From assembly GCA_050954355.1 (NCBI GenBank), contig JBPBPH010000089.1:546-64545 (forward strand): a stretch of 64,000 nucleotides of DNA. Direction: 5' to 3'. This DNA comes from Janthinobacterium lividum. GTDB lineage: Bacteria; Bacteroidota; Bacteroidia; Cytophagales; Hymenobacteraceae. Below the pieces are notes generated by a model, which was not told where the DNA came from, did no database searches, and saw only the letters and a program-made list of their open reading frames with translations. Both the position numbers and the translations under genes were made by a program. This document shows positions 30,116 to 39,828 of this stretch, in pieces (within the stretch, counting starts at the first letter, position 1; every line of letters begins with the position of its first letter).

Positions 30116-31108
30116 TCACTTTTGCAGCACCAGCACGCCGTTGAGCAGGAAGTTGTCGCCCGCCTCGGTGGTTAGGTTATACACGGGCTGCAGGCCGCCC
30201 GCGTACTCGCGGGTGCGCAGCACGGTGTGCGGCTCCACGGCCTGGGTGGCGGGATGAAGGCATAAAATCTGGTCGCCCACTACTACCTCGCCGGCGGTCC
30301 TAGGGCCCCCTAGGGTTTGCAAAGGGTGGTTGGGGGTGGCTTCCAGCACCCGGCTGGCCAGCTGGATGGTGGTGGCGTGGGCGCTGGCTTGCTCGCGCAC
30401 GGCCACTACATGCAGCTGCGTGAGGGCATAATTTTGGGCTGCGTGGGCGTGCACGGCCCGCACGGTGGTGGCCGCGGGCTGCCCGGTGCGGGCATCGAGG
30501 CCCAGTATTTGGTCGCCGGGCTGCACGGCGCGCAGGGCCCGGTGGCCGCCGCCAGCCAGCGCCACCAGCTGCTCGCCGGGAAAGCAGATGTCGTTGCCGT
30601 AGGTGCCCGACTCGGCCGAGAGGTTCTTGCCCTGGTTGAGGACCTTGAACTGCTGGAAAGCCAGCTCCTTGGACAGCACGTAGGACAGCTTCAGCACGAA
30701 GTTCTTTTCCTCGCGGTCGATGGCGTGAATGTCCTCGAAGTACTGGTTCCACACCTTGCCGTCGGCGGTGTAGTCGGGCAGCAGCGCCTGGTAGCGCTTA
30801 CCCTTCTCGTTGGTGTAATAAACCAGGGTGCCTATTTCCTGCATTCCGTCTTTGGCAAGGAGCTTGTAGAGGTCGATGCGTTTTTTCAGCCCGTCGTCGC
30901 CCGTAATGAAGTAGGGCTTGCGGGCCTCGTAGCGGTCCAGGATGTACGCATTCTCAAATTTGACGTAGCTATCCGCGTCCAGGTCCTTGACGGCAAACGT
31001 CCGGGCTTTCTTGTACTCGTCGAGGGTGAGCGGGCGGGGGTTGGGCTGGCCTAGGGCCGCGCCGCTGCTGCCCAGCAGGAGCAGGCTGGCAAGCAAGGTG
31101 TTGCGCAT
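30116..31108 (-). CDS. Secreted protein with a C-terminal Hint (Hedgehog/intein) domain
   Basis: Sec signal; block A CFPGEQLV (Cys175); block B ATPNHP; block F VYNL; ends NFLLNGVLVLQK. Confidence 0.85.
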   Translation of the reverse strand: MRNTLLASLLLLGSSGAALGQPNPRPLTLDEYKKARTFAVKDLDADSYVKFENAYILDRYEARKPYFITGDDGLKKRIDLYKLLAKDGMQEIGTLVYYTNEKGKRYQALLPDYTADGKVWNQYFEDIHAIDREEKNFVLKLSYVLSKELAFQQFKVLNQGKNLSAESGTYGNDICFPGEQLVALAGGGHRALRAVQPGDQILGLDARTGQPAATTVRAVHAHAAQNYALTQLHVVAVREQASAHATTIQLASRVLEATPNHPLQTLGGPRTAGEVVVGDQILCLHPATQAVEPHTVLRTREYAGGLQPVYNLTTEAGDNFLLNGVLVLQK

Positions 31109-31202
31109 GGAAGTAGTTGCTGGTTTAGTACTGATTGATTCGTTGTCCAGAACGCCCGCCGCGCCGGGCGCGCGGCGGGCATCGGTAGGGCTGGCTACCG
31201 CC

Positions 31203-32384
31203 CTAGGACACCTGCCCGAAGGCTTCGGCAAACGCCTGCATTTCGTCCATCCGGCCGATGCTGACGCGGCACCACTGCTTGCCAGCAAACTGCCAGTTGC
31301 GCACGCCCACGCCGCGCTTCATCATCTCGTCCACGAAGCGCTTGCCGTCCATGCGCAGCGGAAACATCACGAAATTGGTGGCGGAAGGAATGTACTCGTA
31401 GCCTTCGCGCTTAAGCGTGTCATAGAGAAACAGCCGCGAAGCCAGCGTTTTTTGCAGCGCTTCCTGCATATAGGCCTGGTCTTGGTAGCTCACCAGCGCT
31501 GCTTGCACGGCCGGGGCCGAAATACTCATGGGGCCCTGCGTGTACTGGCTCAGCATTTTGATGGTTTCGGGCTGGCCCACCAGGTAGCCCACCCGCAGGC
31601 CCGCAAAGCCGTAGAGCTTTGAGAAGGTGCGGGCTACCAGCACGTTCTGGCCCGCCTTCACGGCACTCATCAGGCTGGCGGCGCGCGGGTCGGGCAGGTA
31701 GTCGATGTAGGCCTCGTCCACGAAAACGGGGGTTTTCTTCGCTACCCGCTCCACAAAACCCTTGAGCTTGGCCGCGTCGAGCACGGTGCCGGTGGGGTTG
31801 TTGGGGTTGCAGATGTACACCAGCCCCGTGCGGGCGTCGAGCAGCTTTTCCATCGCGTCGAGGTCGTACTTGTGGTCGGCGGTGAGGGGCACGGCCACGA
31901 TGGGCGCCTTAAATTTCTCGGCCTTGCGCACGAGGTCGGCGTAGGTGGGGTCGGCCGTGAGGATGGCGCCCTGCTGCCCGTAGCGCATGGCGGCGGCCAG
32001 CAGCAGCGGGCTCGAGCCGGCATCGAGCAAAATGTGCTCGGGCGTCAGGCCCTCGTAGTCAGCGATTTTCTGGGTTAGCTCACGGCTCTGGGGCGGGTAC
32101 TGGTAGCAGGTAGCCACCGAGTCGGCGATGGCCTGCTTGGCTTTTGCCGAAGGCCCGAAGGGATTTTCGTTGGCCAGCAGGCGCGCCTTAAGAGTGGGCG
32201 CGGCGGCGGCCAGCGCCTCCTGCTCGGTGAGGGGCAGCCACGCGGGCGCGGCCGGCAGCAGCGGCGCGGGGCGCGGGGCCAGCGGCGCGGCCAGGGCCCC
32301 TAGGCCCGCTGGCAGCAGCGAAGCTGCTCCAGCCAGTAAGGCGCCCGATTTCAGCCAGGCGCGGCGATTTATGCGGTTTTCCAT
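31203..32384 (-). CDS. HisC-like PLP aminotransferase with a twin-arginine signal
   Basis: NRRAWLK; NENPFG, CNPNNPTG, VDEAY and RTFSKLYGFAGLRVGY motifs. Confidence 0.9.
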   Translation of the reverse strand: MENRINRRAWLKSGALLAGAASLLPAGLGALAAPLAPRPAPLLPAAPAWLPLTEQEALAAAAPTLKARLLANENPFGPSAKAKQAIADSVATCYQYPPQSRELTQKIADYEGLTPEHILLDAGSSPLLLAAAMRYGQQGAILTADPTYADLVRKAEKFKAPIVAVPLTADHKYDLDAMEKLLDARTGLVYICNPNNPTGTVLDAAKLKGFVERVAKKTPVFVDEAYIDYLPDPRAASLMSAVKAGQNVLVARTFSKLYGFAGLRVGYLVGQPETIKMLSQYTQGPMSISAPAVQAALVSYQDQAYMQEALQKTLASRLFLYDTLKREGYEYIPSATNFVMFPLRMDGKRFVDEMMKRGVGVRNWQFAGKQWCRVSIGRMDEMQAFAEAFGQVS

Positions 32385-32496
32385 GGGGCGTACGGGTTTA
32401 GGTAATAAATGCGAGAATTGGTTGGGTCGGGGGCAATCGCCGCGGGCGCCGCGGTGCGTTGCTCGCCACGGCAAATTACTGCTATAGTGGCGAATA

Positions 32497-34098
32497 TCAG
32501 TTAGTTGCGGCTTTCACGGTGGGGTAGCTGGTGCGCTGCTCGCTGAGGCGGCCGTGCACGGCCGCCACCGTGCTGCGGGCCGACTCGAAGGCGCCCGCCA
32601 TCCAGGCGGTGAGGTAGGTGGTGTGCTCGCCGGCGAAGTACACGCGCTGCTCGGGCCGGAGCAGGGCTGGGTACAGCGCCTGCCGCTGCTCGGGGGTGTA
32701 GAGCGCCCAGCCCCCTAGGCTGTAGGGCTGCTTCTGCCAGCTCACCGAAAACGAGCGCTCGAACTCCCTAGGGTACTGCGGATGAATAAGCTGGCCCTTG
32801 CGCAGGGCCAGCTGCTCGCGTTCGGCGTAGGGCAGCTCGCCCACGGCCTTGGCCTTCTCGTTGAAGTTGTAGTAGCCAATCAGGATGCCCTTCTGGCTGA
32901 GGTAGTCGTAGCTGGGGTAAAATACCTGCGTCAATTCATTGTTGGTGTGCGTGATGCCGCCGTAAATCTGCTCGTCCTCCTCCCAAAACCGGCGCTTGAA
33001 CTGCAAACCAATCTTGCCGGTCTGGATGTAAGGCACGAAGTCGATAGCCCGGCTCACGTCGCCCGAAAAATTGTGGCTCACGTTGCTGAGCACGGGCAGC
33101 GGCAGGGTGCAGATGCAGAGGTCGGCCGTCAGTTCGTGCGTGCCCTGGGGGTCCTGGTACGTCACCTGCACTCCCTCGGGCTGGTTGAGGATGTGCGTCA
33201 CCTCGCAGCGCAGCTTCAGGCAGTCGGCCACGCGCCGCTCCAGCGCCTGCGCAATGCGGTCCATGCCTCCCACGGCCTGAAACATGGTCATTTGCAGCTC
33301 GTAGGTATACTCAGCCACGTTGTAGAAGTCGGGGTCGAGCAGGCCCGACTGCACGATGTCGGCCAGGCGATAGGGGTCGGCAATCTTACCCACGCGCGGG
33401 CCGGCGCCGGGCGTCTCCACGTAGCCGCGCCGCGCCGAGGCCTTATATAAGGCATCAATATCGAGCCCGCCCTCGGCGCGCAGGTATTCGAGCACCTTGG
33501 CCGCGTCTTCCTTGCTCAGGCCGGTATCTACCTGGTGGGTACTCAGGGCCTTGGTCAGCAGCTCGGTGGTGTAGCCGCGCACGTCGTTATGAATCTCGCG
33601 GGCCCGCACCTTTTTGTTCGATAGCGGCCCCTTACCCTCGGCAAAGTAGTAGCTCCCTTCATTCACGTTGTTATATACTTCCAACGGCACGCCCAGCTCC
33701 TTGCAGTAATGCATCGTGAGCTGGTGGTGGTGCGGAATGCGCGACGGCCCCGCGTTGAAATACAAGCCGTTGTCGAAGCCGGCGGTGTGGGCGGGGTTGG
33801 TGGTTTCCTGGGTGCTGCTGCCGCCGCGCACGCTCCAGCAGCGGCCGCCGCTGCGCTCGCGGGCTTCCAGAATAGTACAGCGGTAGCCCAGCTTGCGCAA
33901 TTCGTAGGCCGAGGTAAGGCCCGCCAGCCCGCCGCCCAGTAGCACGATATGCTTGCCCTGCCCGCTGCCCGGCCGCAGCTCGAACGCATGGGCCGGCGCG
34001 GCCGGCAGCAAATTGAGCGCTAGCATGGCCGGGTAGGCCCCCGCCCCTAGCGCGGCACTTTTAGTTAAAAAAGCTCGTCGAGAAATCGATTTTTGCAT
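32497..34098 (-). CDS. Flavin monoamine oxidase / L-amino-acid oxidase family protein with a twin-arginine signal
   Basis: SRRAFL...AHA signal; GGGLAG, EARERSGGR, GGMDRI and FAGEH motifs. Confidence 0.9.
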   Translation of the reverse strand: MQKSISRRAFLTKSAALGAGAYPAMLALNLLPAAPAHAFELRPGSGQGKHIVLLGGGLAGLTSAYELRKLGYRCTILEARERSGGRCWSVRGGSSTQETTNPAHTAGFDNGLYFNAGPSRIPHHHQLTMHYCKELGVPLEVYNNVNEGSYYFAEGKGPLSNKKVRAREIHNDVRGYTTELLTKALSTHQVDTGLSKEDAAKVLEYLRAEGGLDIDALYKASARRGYVETPGAGPRVGKIADPYRLADIVQSGLLDPDFYNVAEYTYELQMTMFQAVGGMDRIAQALERRVADCLKLRCEVTHILNQPEGVQVTYQDPQGTHELTADLCICTLPLPVLSNVSHNFSGDVSRAIDFVPYIQTGKIGLQFKRRFWEEDEQIYGGITHTNNELTQVFYPSYDYLSQKGILIGYYNFNEKAKAVGELPYAEREQLALRKGQLIHPQYPREFERSFSVSWQKQPYSLGGWALYTPEQRQALYPALLRPEQRVYFAGEHTTYLTAWMAGAFESARSTVAAVHGRLSEQRTSYPTVKAATN

Positions 34099-34345
34099 AG
34101 TCAACGCTTTTTGACCCCCAAAATTTAGGGAGCAAGCTTCATTAAATAACATTTTATTTAGCTTATCCCCTATTTTAGTAGGGCTCTTTTACCAATAATA
34201 ACCTTTTATAACCTACCACCCCTAGTAGATAAAAGGCTTGGGTGGCAATTAAGCTTTGCTTTTCTTTGCGTATCCTCGGGGCATAGTAGTGAGTTGTAGG
34301 ATAGCTTATTTCGACACAAATGCTGATTTAGCGCACGTTGCCCCG

Positions 34346-34353
34346 TACCTTTG
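34346..34353 (+). promoter_or_regulatory. Bacteroidota -7 promoter element upstream of rpsP
   Basis: TACCTTTG matches TAnnTTTG. Similar elements at 29173, 36588, 37207, 39793 and 45100. Confidence 0.65.
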
Positions 34354-34418
34354 CGGCCCCAAAGTATTTTACTTATTTCACAGACGCACGGGATGCGTCG
34401 CTCAACCTTACCAGGTTT

Positions 34419-34967
34419 ATGGCAGTTAAAATCCGCCTCGCCCGCCGTGGCCGCAAAAAGGCCGCGATGTACGACATCGTAGTAGCCGACTCGCGCTCGC
34501 CGCGCGATGGCCGCTTCATCGAGAAGCTCGGCACCTACAATCCCAATACCAACCCCGCCAGCATCGACTATGACGGCGACCGCGCCTTCTACTGGGTAAT
34601 GAACGGCGCCCAGCCCTCGGAAACGGTGCGCGCCATGCTCGCCTACCGCGGCGTACTGCTGCGCCGCCACCTGCAACTGGGCGTAGCCAAAGGCGCCCTG
34701 ACGCAGGACGTGGCCGACCAGCGCTACAACCAATGGCTGGACGAGAAAAACAACAAGATTGAGGCTAAGCGCACCGGCCTCACCGACACTAAGGCCGAGG
34801 CCCGTAAGCAGCAGCTCGCCGCCGAAACCAAAGTGAAGGACGCCCGCGCCGAAACCCTGCGCAAGAAGCAGGAAGCCGCCCTGGCCGCTACTGCCCCCGC
34901 CGCTCCGGCCGAGGGCGAAGCCGAAACTACCGCTACCGCTGAGGAATCGGCCGAGCACGCCGCCTAA
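34419..34967 (+). CDS. rpsP: 30S ribosomal protein S16 (with C-terminal extension)
   Basis: MAVKIRLARRGRKK...DSRSPRDGRFIEKLGTYNP. Confidence 0.97.
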   Translation: MAVKIRLARRGRKKAAMYDIVVADSRSPRDGRFIEKLGTYNPNTNPASIDYDGDRAFYWVMNGAQPSETVRAMLAYRGVLLRRHLQLGVAKGALTQDVADQRYNQWLDEKNNKIEAKRTGLTDTKAEARKQQLAAETKVKDARAETLRKKQEAALAATAPAAPAEGEAETTATAEESAEHAA

Positions 34968-35001
34968 GGCTGGCCTGAACCACGCCGAGCAGCTGACTAA
35001 C

Positions 35002-35108
35002 AGCACGTTATGCTGAACTTGCCGAAGCAGCTTGGTCGCGTAAGTAATCCCAACGATTGGAGTTAGTTACGTGGCCAAGCTGCTTCGGCAAGTTCAGCAT
35101 AACGTGCT
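35002..35108. repeat. REP-like long inverted repeat
   Basis: AGCACGTTATGCTGAACTTGCCGAAGCAGCTTGG plus its exact reverse complement. Confidence 0.85.
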
Positions 35109-35153
35109 TTTTAACGCATTCGTTTTCCCGCTCATTATTTCCTTGCTGCTCCC

Positions 35154-35720
35154 ATGGCCCCCGACGACTGCTTTGAGCTAGGCTACCTCGTGAAGCCCCA
35201 CGGCCTGAAGGGCCAGTTTATCGCCGAGCTGGATGTGGACGACGCCAGCGCCTACGACGACCTCGAAACCGTATACCTGGCCCTGCCCACGGCGCCCGAC
35301 AAGCTTACGGCTTACCCGGTGGAGCGCTTCAGCCCCCAAGGCGGCCTGCGCGTGCTGCTCAAGCTGCGCGGCATCGAGCGGCTGGAGGAAGCCGAGCCCC
35401 TGCGCAACGCCAAGCTCTGGCTGCCCCTCACCGAGCTGCCCGAGCTGGACGAAGCCCAGTTTTATTTTCACGACGTCATTGGCTTTCAAGTAATTGATGC
35501 CCAAGAGGGAGCCCTAGGGGTGGTGGAGAATTTTTATGAGCTGCCCCAACAGGATGTGCTGGCCATGCGCCACCAGGGTCAGGAAGTGCTCATTCCGGTG
35601 GTGGATGAGCTAGTGAGCCACGCCGATATGGCAGCCCGGCAGCTGTTCGTGAACCTGCCCGAAGGCCTACTGGATATCTACTTGAATCCTAGCGCCCACA
35701 AAAACCCTAACGCCGACTAG
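35154..35720 (+). CDS. rimM: 16S rRNA processing protein RimM
   Basis: KPHGLKG, FYFHDVIG, EVLIP and LPEGLLD motifs; synteny. Confidence 0.95.
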   Translation: MAPDDCFELGYLVKPHGLKGQFIAELDVDDASAYDDLETVYLALPTAPDKLTAYPVERFSPQGGLRVLLKLRGIERLEEAEPLRNAKLWLPLTELPELDEAQFYFHDVIGFQVIDAQEGALGVVENFYELPQQDVLAMRHQGQEVLIPVVDELVSHADMAARQLFVNLPEGLLDIYLNPSAHKNPNAD

Positions 35721-35854
35721 CTGGCCCAGCTACCAGCCGGCAGGTAATAGCCCGGAGCTGCTACTTAGGCATTTTTGCTTAGCAGCGCAGGCAGGTGCGG
35801 TAGCGCCGTAGCTGTGAACCGAAGGACAACGAAGCTAAATCCGTTACATCTGCG

Positions 35855-36529
35855 ATGCGGGTAGACATCCTCACTTGCCAGCCCGAGCTGCTGGCCAGCC
35901 CCCTAGGCCACTCCATCGTGAAAAGGGCCCAGGAAAAGGGGCTGGTGGAGGTGCACCTGCACCAACTGCGCGAGCGGGCCATCAACAAGCACGGGCAAAT
36001 TGACGATTACGTGTTTGGCGGCGGCGCCGGCATGGTGCTGCGCGTAGAGCCCATTGCCGCCTGGCTCGACGAGTTACGAGCGCAACGTTTCTACGAGGCC
36101 ATTATTTACCTCACGCCCGATGGCGAAGTGCTGCGCCAGCCGCTGGCCAACCGGCTCTCGCTGCTGGGCAACGTGATTCTGCTGTGCGGGCACTACAAAG
36201 GGGTAGACCAACGCATTCGGGATGAGTACGTTACCCACGAAATCAGCCTGGGCGACTACGTGCTGAGCGGCGGCGAGCTGGCCGCCGCCGTGCTGGTCGA
36301 TGCCGTGGTGCGGCTGCTGCCGGGCGTGCTGGGCAACGAGGAATCGGCGTTGTCGGACTCGTTTCAGGACGATTTGCTGGCGCCGCCGGTGTACACGCGG
36401 CCGGCCGAATGGCGCGGGCGGGCGGTGCCCGAGATTCTGCTTTCGGGTAATACGCCCAAAATTGAGGAATGGCGGCACGAGCAAGCCTTGGCCCGCACCC
36501 AAGCCTTACGGCCCGATTTACTTCAGTAA
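35855..36529 (+). CDS. trmD: tRNA (guanine-N1)-methyltransferase
   Basis: [29 protein letters not shown] and YTRP motifs. Confidence 0.97.
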   Translation: MRVDILTCQPELLASPLGHSIVKRAQEKGLVEVHLHQLRERAINKHGQIDDYVFGGGAGMVLRVEPIAAWLDELRAQRFYEAIIYLTPDGEVLRQPLANRLSLLGNVILLCGHYKGVDQRIRDEYVTHEISLGDYVLSGGELAAAVLVDAVVRLLPGVLGNEESALSDSFQDDLLAPPVYTRPAEWRGRAVPEILLSGNTPKIEEWRHEQALARTQALRPDLLQ

Positions 36530-36663
36530 TACGCTAATACAGCCTGGAAGCGCCGCGCTAGGGCTTGCTTCTCTGCGTTTAATTCCTTATCTTTGCGCTC
36601 CGTTTCGCAAAATACCAACTTCTCGGGCAGCGGCGCTGTTCATTTGTAATTCAACTTTTCGCC

Positions 36664-37044
36664 ATGAGCGTACTACTCGATTTCATTAATGCCGAAGGCC
36701 AGGAGCGCCGCGCCAGCTTTCCCAAGTTTGCCGCCGGTGACACCATCAACGTGCACGTAAAAATCCGCGAGGGCAACAAGGAGCGCATTCAGCAGTTCCA
36801 GGGCGTGGTTATCCAGCGCCGCAACCCTAGCAGCAACGGCGAAACCTTCACGGTGCGCAAAATCTCGAACCAGATTGGTACCGAGCGTATTTTCCCGCTG
36901 CTCTCGCCCAACATCGACAAGATTGAGCTCGTGCGCCGCGGCCAAGTGCGCCGCGCCCGCCTATTTTACCTGCGTGGCCTCTCGGGCAAAGCTGCCCGCA
37001 TTAAGGAGCGCCGCCGCGACACGCCGACTGCCGTAGCCGCCTAG
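36664..37044 (+). CDS. rplS: 50S ribosomal protein L19
   Basis: [26 protein letters not shown]; [10 protein letters not shown]. Confidence 0.97.
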   Translation: MSVLLDFINAEGQERRASFPKFAAGDTINVHVKIREGNKERIQQFQGVVIQRRNPSSNGETFTVRKISNQIGTERIFPLLSPNIDKIELVRRGQVRRARLFYLRGLSGKAARIKERRRDTPTAVAA

Positions 37045-37067
37045 GCCCTAGCTGAGCACGAACCCTT

Positions 37068-37102
37068 AAAACGGCTCTTCCCACCTGGGAGGAGCCGTTT
37101 TT
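37068..37102 (+). terminator. Terminator after rplS
   Basis: AAAACGGCTCTTCCCA-C-CTGGGAGGAGCCGTTTTT. Confidence 0.85.
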
Positions 37103-37260
37103 ATTGGACCCAGCCCTAGGGGTGAGTAAGCGGCATAGGCACGGCAGTGGCGGCTTGCTGCTCCACTGGCCGGCTCGCTTTGGCGCCCGCCCCGCGCGGG
37201 CTAGGGTATCTTTGCGGGGCGCTCGGCGCTCACTCTTTCTTTCCCTACTCCCCCTACCCA

Positions 37261-38520
37261 ATGCGCGTTTCCCGGCTGGCCGCCACGATGAGCGGCTCCG
37301 AAATTATTCGAATCGGCAACGAGGTTAGCGAGCGCGTCCGCCAGGGCGAGGCCATCTGTAACCTCACCATCGGCGATTTTGACTCCCGCCTCTACCCTAT
37401 TCCCGACGGGCTGCGCGAGGCCATCGTGGCGGCCTACGAGGGCGGGCACACCAACTACCCGCCCGCCGCCGGCACCGCCGATTTGCGCCAGGCGGTGAGC
37501 GAGTTTTTGCAGGCGCGCCTAGGCCTCAGCTACGCGCCGGCCGACGAGATTATGATTGCCGGGGGCTCGCGCCCGCTCATTATGTCGGCCTACGAGGCTG
37601 TGGTAGATGCTGGCGACCGGGTGGTATTTCCGGTGCCCTCCTGGAACAACAACCACTACTGCCACCTCACCGGGGCGCAGCCGGTGCTGGTACCCACCAC
37701 GCCCGAAAACCAGTTTATGCCTTCGGCGGCCGACCTGGCCCCGCACCTGCCCGGCGCCACCCTGCTGGCCCTCTGCTCGCCGCTCAACCCCACCGGCACG
37801 GTATTTACCGAGCAAGGCCTAGCCGAAATTTGCGACTTGGTGCTGGCCGAAAACCAGCGCCGCGGGCCCGACGAAAAGCCCCTGTATTTGCTCTACGACC
37901 AGATTTACTGGCTGCTGACCTTTGGTGAAACCCAGCACTACGACCCAGTGAGCCTGCGCCCGGCCCTGCGCGACTACACCATTTACATCGACGGGCTCTC
38001 GAAGTGCTTTGCAGCCACCGGCGTGCGGGTGGGCTACGCTTTTGGCCCTAAGCAGGTAATTGACCGCATGAAGGCGCTGCTGGGCCACTACGGCGCCTGG
38101 GCCCCCAAGGCCGAGCAGGTGGCGGCCGGCCAGTTTCTGCCCCAGACTGCGGCCGTCGACGCCTACCTCACCCAGCTTAAAACCCGGCTGCAAGCCAGCC
38201 TCGACGCGGCCTACCACGGCCTGCTGGCCCTGCGCGACCAGGGCTACCCCGTAGCGGCCGTGGCCCCGGCCGGGGCCATTTACCTCACCGCCAAAATCGA
38301 CGTGCTGGGCCGTACCACGTCCGCCGGGCAGGTGCTGGCCACCTCGCTCGACATTGCCACCTACCTCATTGCCGAGGCCCATCTGGCGGTGGTGCCCTTC
38401 AGCGCGTTTGGCGCGCCGGGCAGCGAGCCTTGGTTCCGTCTCTCAGTGGGCGCCGAGCCCGCCGAGGCTATCCAGGCGGCCCTGCCCCGGCTGCAAGCGG
38501 CGCTGGACAGGCTGCGCTAG
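37261..38520 (+). CDS. Class I/II PLP-dependent (aspartate-type) aminotransferase
   Basis: SPLNPTG, YDQIY and GLSKCFAATGVRVG motifs. Confidence 0.92.
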   Translation: MRVSRLAATMSGSEIIRIGNEVSERVRQGEAICNLTIGDFDSRLYPIPDGLREAIVAAYEGGHTNYPPAAGTADLRQAVSEFLQARLGLSYAPADEIMIAGGSRPLIMSAYEAVVDAGDRVVFPVPSWNNNHYCHLTGAQPVLVPTTPENQFMPSAADLAPHLPGATLLALCSPLNPTGTVFTEQGLAEICDLVLAENQRRGPDEKPLYLLYDQIYWLLTFGETQHYDPVSLRPALRDYTIYIDGLSKCFAATGVRVGYAFGPKQVIDRMKALLGHYGAWAPKAEQVAAGQFLPQTAAVDAYLTQLKTRLQASLDAAYHGLLALRDQGYPVAAVAPAGAIYLTAKIDVLGRTTSAGQVLATSLDIATYLIAEAHLAVVPFSAFGAPGSEPWFRLSVGAEPAEAIQAALPRLQAALDRLR

Positions 38521-38541
38521 GGTACAGCAGAGTTACCCAAC

Positions 38542-38593
38542 AACCAAAAAGCACGTCATTCCTCGCAGGCGAGGAATGACGTGCTTTTTGGTT
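38542..38593. repeat. Short REP-like hairpin, probably acting as a bidirectional terminator
   Basis: AACCAAAAAGCACGTCATTCCTCGC / GCGAGGAATGACGTGCTTTTTGGTT. Confidence 0.8.
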
Positions 38594-38607
38594 ACTAGTT
38601 TGGCTGC

Positions 38608-39666
38608 TTACACGCTCGGCTGCAACGGCTCGCGGCCGGGCGCGTGGCCATCCTCCGCGGGTTTAGGTGGCTTGTCGCGGCCCATCCAGAGCGCCAGAAA
38701 GGCCCCTAGGGTAGTGGCGGCCACCAAGCCGGCCACCACGGGGTGCAGGCTGGCGCGGGTATAGTAGCTATGCATGGTGTGGCCCTCGTAGTCGCCGCGC
38801 GCCTGGACGTGCGGAGCGGCGGGGCGCTGCAGCGAGCCCTCGGAGTGGCGGGCCCGGGTGCCGGGGTGCACCTGCTGCTGAGGGCTGCTTTTCGAGGCCA
38901 GCCAGTCCACGGTGCCGGGGGCGTATTTGTTCATGGCGCTCATCATTTTGCCGCCGCCACCCACGTAGATGTCGCGCACGGGGTGGCTGGCGGCGTGCAG
39001 GATGGCACCGGCTACGTCCTCGGGGGCGTACACGGGCGGGGGCAGCGTGGGCTGCTGGGGCAGGTAGTTGCGGGCATGCGCCGGGAAGGGCGTATTGATG
39101 GCGGCCGGCTTGATGAGCGTAACCGAAACCGGTGCCTGCTCCTGGCCTAGCTCAATGCGCAGAGCATCGGTGAAGCCCTTGATGGCGTGCTTGCTCGACG
39201 CGTACATGCCCTGAAAAGGAATAGCCACGTCGCTGGCCACGCTGCCCAGGTTGATGAGGGCGCCGCCGTGCTGCTTGAGATGCTTCACGGCTTCGAGCGA
39301 GCCATTGACCACGCCCCACAAGTTGGTGTCGTAGAGGCGCTTAAAATCTTCCAGGTTGCCCTGCTCTAGCTTGCCCCACATGCCCACGCCGGCATTATTG
39401 ACCCAGGTATCGAAGCCGCCGAAGTGCGCGCGGGCGGTATCGGCAATGTGGGCCACGGCGGCGGGGTCGGCCACATCGGCCACTACGGTGACTACGTGGC
39501 CGCCCAGCTCGCGGGCCACGGTATCGAGGTCGTTGGCCGAGCGGGCGGCCAGCACCAGGCGGGCCCCAGCTTGGGCGGCGGCGCGGGCGGTGGCTAGGCC
39601 AATGCCGCTGGTAGCGCCCGTGATGACGAGCACTTGCTGGTGCAGGGGTTTGAGTTTAACAGACAT
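38608..39666 (-). CDS. Short-chain dehydrogenase/reductase
   Basis: TGATSGIG, NNAG and YASSK motifs. Confidence 0.92.
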   Translation of the reverse strand: MSVKLKPLHQQVLVITGATSGIGLATARAAAQAGARLVLAARSANDLDTVARELGGHVVTVVADVADPAAVAHIADTARAHFGGFDTWVNNAGVGMWGKLEQGNLEDFKRLYDTNLWGVVNGSLEAVKHLKQHGGALINLGSVASDVAIPFQGMYASSKHAIKGFTDALRIELGQEQAPVSVTLIKPAAINTPFPAHARNYLPQQPTLPPPVYAPEDVAGAILHAASHPVRDIYVGGGGKMMSAMNKYAPGTVDWLASKSSPQQQVHPGTRARHSEGSLQRPAAPHVQARGDYEGHTMHSYYTRASLHPVVAGLVAATTLGAFLALWMGRDKPPKPAEDGHAPGREPLQPSV

Positions 39667-39828
39667 TACGAACGAGGGTCAGGTCGTGGAAATAAGGAAG
39701 AAAAGCAGGGGCTGTACGCACGCCCAGGGCAAATGGATAAGGCGCAGCTTGCCCCTAGGGCCCGCACCGGGCGGGGCGCTGGCGGCGGGCGCTACCTTTG
39801 GGCCCGTATTTTTTACCCTAGCTTTCGA

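Noticed and set aside
30116-31108. Hint protein as a mobile intein or polymorphic toxin
   Set aside because: There is no homing endonuclease, no terminal Asn, no C-extein or toxin domain and no immunity gene.
35721-35854. Structured-looking rimM-trmD spacer (GCTGTGAACCGAAGG...) as SRP RNA or tRNA
   Set aside because: It lacks the SRP CAGG-CCGGAAGG-AGCAGC core and the tRNA T-loop GTTCGA/cloverleaf.
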